From NCBI GenBank assembly GCA_032128115.1, contig JAQBHB010000083.1, positions 1 through 21,375 on the forward strand: 21,375 nucleotides of DNA, in the 5' to 3' direction. Below are positions 16,243 to 21,375 of the stretch, piece by piece. The translations under genes and the position numbers were made by a program. The stretch is from Deltaproteobacteria bacterium. GTDB lineage: Bacteria > Myxococcota_A > UBA9160 > SMWR01. The first letter of the stretch is position 1; every line of letters begins with the position of its first letter. The notes beneath the pieces were generated by a model. It searched no databases, was not told the origin of the DNA, and saw only the letters and a program-made list of their open reading frames with translations.

Positions 16243-18006
16243 GTGGCCGACTCCGCCCGTCCGCCGAAGCACCGCCTTCCGCCCGCCGCCTGGGTCGCGC
16301 TGGGAATCGCGGCCCTGCTGGCCTGCGCCTGGCCCTATGCGGCCCTCCTGCCCCTCTGGCCCCAGACCACCGACGGCTCCCTGTGGATCTCGCGCGGCGC
16401 CTTCACCAACTCGCACTGGGCGGAATGGATCTGCTGCAAGCCCCACTTCGTGTTCTACCGCCCGACGGCCGCGCTCTCCTACACCCTGAACTACGCGGTG
16501 GGCGGCTTCGAACCCTGGGGCTACCGACTCACCGACGTGGCCATTCACCTGTCGATCGGGGTGCTGATCTACGCCCTCTACCGGGAGTTCCAGCGCCAGG
16601 CGCCCCGCTGGCCCGCCGCCGTGGCCGCAGGGGTGTTCCTGTTGCATCCGGTGGCCGAGGAAATCGTGCCGGTGCTCGCCCGCCGGGGCTACGGATTGAT
16701 GACCGCCTTTGGCGCGCTCAGCGTGCTGGCCTTCGCCCGCGCCTGTCGACGCGACCGGGTGGTGTCGTGGCCGGCCGCGGCCACGGGCCTGTGCTTCGCG
16801 GCGGCCGTGTTCGCCACCGAAGTGAACTTCGTGCTGGCCCCCCTGTACCCGATCCTCGCCTACCACCTGACGTGGCGTCGTGATCGTCCGGCGGTTCGGC
16901 CGCTCCTGCTGTGCACACTTCCCCTCGCAAGCGCTCTCGGCGCCTACCTGCTGCGCCTCGCGATCCTGGGCGATCACGGCGGCTACGACGCGGCGCCCAC
17001 CTGGAGCAAGCTTGCGGTGATCGTGCGTTCGTCGTGGGAGTACCTGCTGTTTCCCACGTCGGCCACGGGTCGGGCCGGATTCGCGCCCCTGGGCACCGTT
17101 GGAATCGCCGCGGTGTTGGCGTGGTACACCTGGAAGTCCGTGGTGCAGCCACTTCGACACTTCGGTTCGCGCGAATCGCGTCTTCCCCTGGTGCTGGTGA
17201 TCTGGATCGGCGGCTACACGGCCCTCTCCGTACTGTTCGGCGTCTGGTTCTTCCGCCAGGCCTACCCTGCACTGGTACCGCTCTCGCTGCTGGTAGCGTG
17301 GCTGCTCCACGACACCTTGGCCGCGACGCCGCGGCGGCGGCTGGTCCTCGCCCTGGCCGTGGTTCCCCAGGCCCTGCTGCTGGCATCGCTCGTCTACCAC
17401 TCCCCTGTGCTTCGCGGCCTGGACCCGGTGCCCCAGCGCACCCGCCTGGATCTGGACGCGCGCATGCGGGCACTGGATCGCGACCTGGCCCGGGTGGAGG
17501 ATCCCGCGCGGATCTACCTGGTGATGCCCCGCGAAACCCTGCTGCGCGCCCACCCGCTGTGGTCCGCCAACGTCACCTGGCGCATGAGCCTCACCCGCTA
17601 CTGGGTGACCTCGCGCAATCAGGATCGCGATCTGCAGATCCGCAACCTGGCACTGGTAGGCGATCCAGGGCGCGAGCCGGGAGAGCGGGCGGTGGAGCGG
17701 GTGATGCGTCACGGTCGCGAGGCGCTGGAGTTCGCCCCGGGCGTGCGCGTGCAGTTTCCGGGCTCGCGCAGCGCAGTGGAGAACCAGACCGACCTGGCCG
17801 ATCGCGTGCTGTGGCTCGACCTGCTGCCGGTGCCCGAAGGCATGCACGGTTACGTGTACTACTACCAGGGCAATCGCGGCGTGCTGGTACCGATCCCGGA
17901 AGCGGCAGGGTCTCCTGCGCGCACGCCCTCCCCAGACCGCGTGCCCGAAGCAGGTGCCGGTGCTGCGGTCGTGCCAGATGGGCTCGCAGCCTCGGCCGAA
18001 TCGTAG
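16243..18006 (+). CDS. GT-C-like (TMTC/PMT-type) polytopic membrane protein, 587 aa
   Basis: GTG 3 nt after the upstream stop. FYRP...LNYAVGGFEPWGYRLTDVAIH and FLLHPVAEEIV resemble TMTC-type N-terminal membrane domains; soluble C-terminal domain. Confidence 0.7.
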   Translation: MADSARPPKHRLPPAAWVALGIAALLACAWPYAALLPLWPQTTDGSLWISRGAFTNSHWAEWICCKPHFVFYRPTAALSYTLNYAVGGFEPWGYRLTDVAIHLSIGVLIYALYREFQRQAPRWPAAVAAGVFLLHPVAEEIVPVLARRGYGLMTAFGALSVLAFARACRRDRVVSWPAAATGLCFAAAVFATEVNFVLAPLYPILAYHLTWRRDRPAVRPLLLCTLPLASALGAYLLRLAILGDHGGYDAAPTWSKLAVIVRSSWEYLLFPTSATGRAGFAPLGTVGIAAVLAWYTWKSVVQPLRHFGSRESRLPLVLVIWIGGYTALSVLFGVWFFRQAYPALVPLSLLVAWLLHDTLAATPRRRLVLALAVVPQALLLASLVYHSPVLRGLDPVPQRTRLDLDARMRALDRDLARVEDPARIYLVMPRETLLRAHPLWSANVTWRMSLTRYWVTSRNQDRDLQIRNLALVGDPGREPGERAVERVMRHGREALEFAPGVRVQFPGSRSAVENQTDLADRVLWLDLLPVPEGMHGYVYYYQGNRGVLVPIPEAAGSPARTPSPDRVPEAGAGAAVVPDGLAASAES

Positions 18007-18050
18007 GCTGGTCGCGTCCCAGGAAGGGGCCCGCGCGCGCAGGCGATGCA

Positions 18051-18083
18051 ACGCGATCCGGACGCGATCCGGACGCGATCCGG
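18051..18083. repeat. Perfect tandem repeat, ACGCGATCCGG x3
   Basis: Exact units at 18051-18061, 18062-18072 and 18073-18083, 1 nt from the recG stop codon. Confidence 0.92.
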
Positions 18084-18084
18084 G

Positions 18085-20502
18085 TCAACCCACGTCGGCC
18101 AGGGCCAGACGGTCCCCCCAGCGAGCGCGAACGGCGCGGGCGATTTCGGGGCTCGCGCGCAGGCCCGGGGCGCGGCGCAGGGTGTCGAGCGCCGCCTCCC
18201 GGGCCAGGGAGACGTGGCGCGCGTCGCGCACCAGATCGGCGATCCGCAGGTCCGGCAGCCGGCCGTGCTGGCGGGTGCCCAGGAACTCGCCGGGTCCGCG
18301 GATGCGGAGATCGGCCTCGGCGATGGCGAAGCCGTCGGTCGTCTCGAGGATGGCGCGCAATCGCGCCTCGCTCTCCTCGGTGGCACCGCGGGCCACCAGG
18401 ACACAGCTGCCAGGACGCTCACCCCGCCCCACCCGGCCGCGCAGCTGGTGAAGCTGGGCCAGTCCGAACCGCTCGGCGTGCTCCACGATCATGAGCGTGG
18501 CGTTGGGAACGTCGACTCCGACTTCGATCACGGTGGTGGAGACCAGCACCTGGGTGTCGCCGCGCTCGAAGCGCGCCATGGCCTCGGCCCGCTCGGCGGC
18601 GTCCAGGCGCCCGTGCACCAGGTCGACCCGAACGCCGGGGAAGGCTCGGCGGAAGCGCTCCACCGATTCGCTGGCGGCGCGCAGGTCGACCTTCTCCGAC
18701 TCCTCCACCAGCGGATACACCACATAGACCTGCTCGCCGCGCCCGGTGGTCTCGCGCAGGAAGTCGGCCGCCCGCGCCGCTTCGCCGGAGCGCAGCAACA
18801 ACGAGCGCACCGGAGCGCGGCCCGGGGGCAGCTCGTCGATGACCGAGAGATCCAGGTCGCCGAACACCGTGAGCGCCAACGTGCGCGGGATCGGCGTGGC
18901 GGTCATGACCAGGGTGTGCGGAACCCGCGCCTCCTCTGCCTTGGCCGCCAGGGCCGCCCGCTGCAACACGCCAAATCGATGCTGCTCGTCGATCACCACA
19001 AGCGCCAGGCTCCGGAAGCCGACGCGCTCCTGCACGAGCGCGTGGGTGCCCACCACCAGGTCGATCCTTCCCTGGGCCAGGTCGCCGAGCACGCCCTGGG
19101 AGCGAGCGCGAGGCAGCGAGGCGCTGAGGAGCGCGAGCCGCAGCCGGCCGGCGTCGGGGGTGCCCTCCACCAGGCGACGCAGGGTGCGTTCGTGCTGCTC
19201 CGCCAGCAACTCGGTGGGCGCCATGAGTGCCGTCTGGTGTCCGCTCTCGGCCGCGGCCAACGCGGCCAGGTAGGCCACCACGGTCTTGCCGCTGCCCACG
19301 TCGCCTTCCAACAGGCGATTCATGGGGTGCGGTCGGTTCAGGTCGGCGCAGATCTCACCCCAGACGCGGCGCTGGGCCCCGGTGAGCCGGAACGGCAGCT
19401 CGTCGGGCGCGGCCCGGGTGCGTGGACCATCGCACGGGATCGGAATCCCCGGTTCGCGAGCGCGCCCCTCGCGGCGCAGCTCGAGGCCCAGCTCCAGCAG
19501 ATAGAGCTCCTCCAACACCAGTCGGGTGCGGGCCTTGGAAACTCCCGCAGCGAGCGACGCAACGTCGGCGTCCAGGGGCGGATCGTGCAGCTCGCGCAGC
19601 GCCTGGGCAGGCTCGGGAAGATCGCGCTCGCGGATCCGCGCCACCGGCAGGTGGCCCGCGACCAGATCCGAGTAGTTCTCGATGGCGTGCTGCAGCATCC
19701 GCCGCAGGGCCAACGGGTGCAGGCCTTCGAGGCCCGGATAATCCGGCACGACCCGGCGCAGGGCCGCAAGATCCACCTGGGGCGACTCGCCGTCGTCGGG
19801 GTCCAGCCGCTCCATCTCCGGGTGGATCAGCTCCTTCGAGAAGCGGTACCGCTTGACGTCGCCAGTCACCAGCAGTAGCGCGCCCTTGCAGGCGGTGCGG
19901 GCGATGGCCTCGCTGCCGTGGAACCAGCGCAGGTGGGCCGTACCCGTCTCGTCCTCGACGCTGGCCTGGAACATGCGGCCACCCCGGCGCAAGCGCCCGC
20001 GTTGCGCCGCGAAGCCCGAGTCCGCGACGCGCCCCACGAACGTGGCCCGTCGGCCCACCTCGAGACTCTCGATATCCACGAGCGCGCGTCGATCGTCGTA
20101 GCGCGACGGCAGATGGAAGAGCAGGTCTCCCACGGACCCCAGGCCCCGTCGGGCCAGGGCGGCGGCCCGCTTCGGCCCGACCCCGGGCAGCACGCTGGGA
20201 GAACGCGCCAGCGCCTGTTCCGCCCAGGCCGGATCGGCGAGTGGGAGCACCTGACTGAGGGCCGTGCGAATCGCCTCTTTTCGCGCCTCGCCCTCCAGCG
20301 GCTTCGCGAAGCTGCGCGCCAGGCTTGCCAGGACGTCGCGCGCGTCGCGGGGGATGGCGAGAGAGCGCCCGCGTTCCGCCGCCGCCGCCAGCGTGGCTTC
20401 GAGATCGCGCACGCGATCGGCAGCCGCGAAATCGTCGCGGGCGGCGAACTTCAGCGGCTTGATCACCGCTTCGATCACCGATTCGAAGGGACTCGCTCCC
20501 AA
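18085..20502 (-). CDS. recG: ATP-dependent DNA helicase RecG (805 aa)
   Basis: LPGVGPKRA wedge-region start, MNRLLEGDVGSGKT, MAPTELLAEQH, DEQHRFG, MTATPIPRTL, QLHQLRGRVGRG, DLRIRGPGE. TTG start with GGAGG upstream. Confidence 0.97.
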   Translation of the reverse strand: MGASPFESVIEAVIKPLKFAARDDFAAADRVRDLEATLAAAAERGRSLAIPRDARDVLASLARSFAKPLEGEARKEAIRTALSQVLPLADPAWAEQALARSPSVLPGVGPKRAAALARRGLGSVGDLLFHLPSRYDDRRALVDIESLEVGRRATFVGRVADSGFAAQRGRLRRGGRMFQASVEDETGTAHLRWFHGSEAIARTACKGALLLVTGDVKRYRFSKELIHPEMERLDPDDGESPQVDLAALRRVVPDYPGLEGLHPLALRRMLQHAIENYSDLVAGHLPVARIRERDLPEPAQALRELHDPPLDADVASLAAGVSKARTRLVLEELYLLELGLELRREGRAREPGIPIPCDGPRTRAAPDELPFRLTGAQRRVWGEICADLNRPHPMNRLLEGDVGSGKTVVAYLAALAAAESGHQTALMAPTELLAEQHERTLRRLVEGTPDAGRLRLALLSASLPRARSQGVLGDLAQGRIDLVVGTHALVQERVGFRSLALVVIDEQHRFGVLQRAALAAKAEEARVPHTLVMTATPIPRTLALTVFGDLDLSVIDELPPGRAPVRSLLLRSGEAARAADFLRETTGRGEQVYVVYPLVEESEKVDLRAASESVERFRRAFPGVRVDLVHGRLDAAERAEAMARFERGDTQVLVSTTVIEVGVDVPNATLMIVEHAERFGLAQLHQLRGRVGRGERPGSCVLVARGATEESEARLRAILETTDGFAIAEADLRIRGPGEFLGTRQHGRLPDLRIADLVRDARHVSLAREAALDTLRRAPGLRASPEIARAVRARWGDRLALADVG

Positions 20503-20522
20503 GGCGTCCGCCTCCGGGACCT

Positions 20523-21119
20523 CTAGTGCTTCGACCCGGACTCCTGGATACCGTGGATGTCCTGGAGCGCACGCACGCCGATCGACTCCAGCTGCAGGGC
20601 GCGGACGGCGCCGGCCGCCGCGCGGGCGCCGGCCACCGTGGTGATGTACGGGATGGATCGCAGCAGCGCAGCCCGCCGGATCGAGGCCGAGATGCGCGCC
20701 AGCCGGGGCTCGGTGCTCTCGGTATTGATCACCAGATCCACCTCACCGGACTCGATGCGCTGGACCACGTCGCGATCGCCCTCGCCCACCTTGTTCACCG
20801 GCTCGGCCTTGATGTCGATGGCCTCCAATGCCGCCGCCGTGCCGCGGGTGGCGAGCACCCGGAAGCCATTGTCCGCCAGATCGCGCACCGCCGGGCCGAT
20901 GCGGCCCCGGTCGGACATGCGCACCGACACCAGCACCGTGCCCCGGACCGGCAGGCTGTTGCCGGCCTGGATCTGCGATTTGGCGTAGGCGCGCCCGAAG
21001 TCCGAGTCGATTCCCATCACCTCCCCGGTGCTCTTCATCTCGGGCCCCAGCAGCGTGTCGACGCCCGGGAACTTCACGAACGGGAATACCGCTTCCTTCA
21101 CCGAGAAGTGGGTCGGCAT
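20523..21119 (-). CDS. carB: Carbamoyl-phosphate synthase large subunit, C-terminal fragment only (end of ATP-grasp region + MGS domain)
   Basis: SVKEAVFPFVKFPGVDTLLGPEMKSTGEVMGID, ATRGTA, VNKVGEG, LVINT, IRRAAL, YITT. Recognisable CarB sequence stops near 21119 and there is an in-frame TAG at 21167-21165. Confidence 0.9.
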   Translation of the reverse strand: MPTHFSVKEAVFPFVKFPGVDTLLGPEMKSTGEVMGIDSDFGRAYAKSQIQAGNSLPVRGTVLVSVRMSDRGRIGPAVRDLADNGFRVLATRGTAAALEAIDIKAEPVNKVGEGDRDVVQRIESGEVDLVINTESTEPRLARISASIRRAALLRSIPYITTVAGARAAAGAVRALQLESIGVRALQDIHGIQESGSKH

Positions 21120-21375
21120 GCTGACCAAGGACAAGTCCGCGCAGCCTTCCGCCGTGAACGACGGCTACCGCGAGCAGTACCGGCTGATGGAACAGGGCAA
21201 GTGCGGCTTCTGGTTCTACGGGCCGCACGCGAGTCCCGCCCTGATGCGGGCGCTGGGCGACGCCATCCAGGGGGCACCCAATCCGATCGTCGGGGCGAAG
21301 CGCTACATGCTGGCCAATCCCGAAGGCCCGATGATGGTCTCGACCTGCAAGGAGAAGGATGCGGCCTGGGAGTTC
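21103..21375 (+). CDS. Internal fragment of a probable sugar ABC transporter substrate-binding protein
   Basis: Open frame to the window edge with GC-rich third positions: EKWVGMLTKDKSAQPSAVNDGYREQYRLMEQGKCGFWFYGPH...STCKEKDAAWEF. The GK..F...GP and K.AAWEF patterns are typical of cluster B solute-binding proteins. No signal peptide or N-terminal region is present. Confidence 0.7.

Noticed and set aside
18051..18083. Tandem repeats as a CRISPR array
   Set aside because: Units are 11 bp (10 bp at 735-762), have no spacers, and no cas genes are present.
15160..19878. Long antisense ORFs 15160-18051 (-) and 18046-19878 (+)
   Set aside because: Mirror frames of real genes, including recG, with no recognisable motifs.
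20523..21134. Stand-alone 203-aa MGS-domain gene starting at TTG 21134
   Set aside because: It begins inside the CarB ATP-grasp region and its first codons come from the unrelated opposite-strand fragment; a truncated carB explains it better.

Overview
High-GC bacterial window, densely coding; lineage cannot be fixed from the sequence (a Myxococcota/deltaproteobacterial-type genome is my guess). Positions 1-11750 hold a cell-envelope glycosylation region: a polyprenol-phosphate mannose synthase-like GT2 (runs off the left edge), a large membrane protein with a spermidine-synthase-like SAM-binding domain, two GT-C-like membrane glycosyltransferases, a GT4, two UPF0104/flippase-like domains and two class I methyltransferase domains (fused in one operon, split in the other), and a membrane-anchored PDZ protein. 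Next is a short leuA-like gene with no C-terminal regulatory domain, preceded by a complete leucine attenuator that the ORF track misses (promoter, 26-aa Leu-rich leader, antiterminator, terminator). Then come a DJ-1/PfpI gene, an operon of lipoprotein + exported His/Cys putative enzyme + third GT-C-like protein, recG, and the 3' end of carB. At about 21100-21120 carB switches abruptly into an opposite-strand internal fragment of a sugar ABC substrate-binding protein, probably an assembly chimera. I found no rRNA, tRNA, CRISPR array or transposase. Family assignments come from motif recognition, not database searches.
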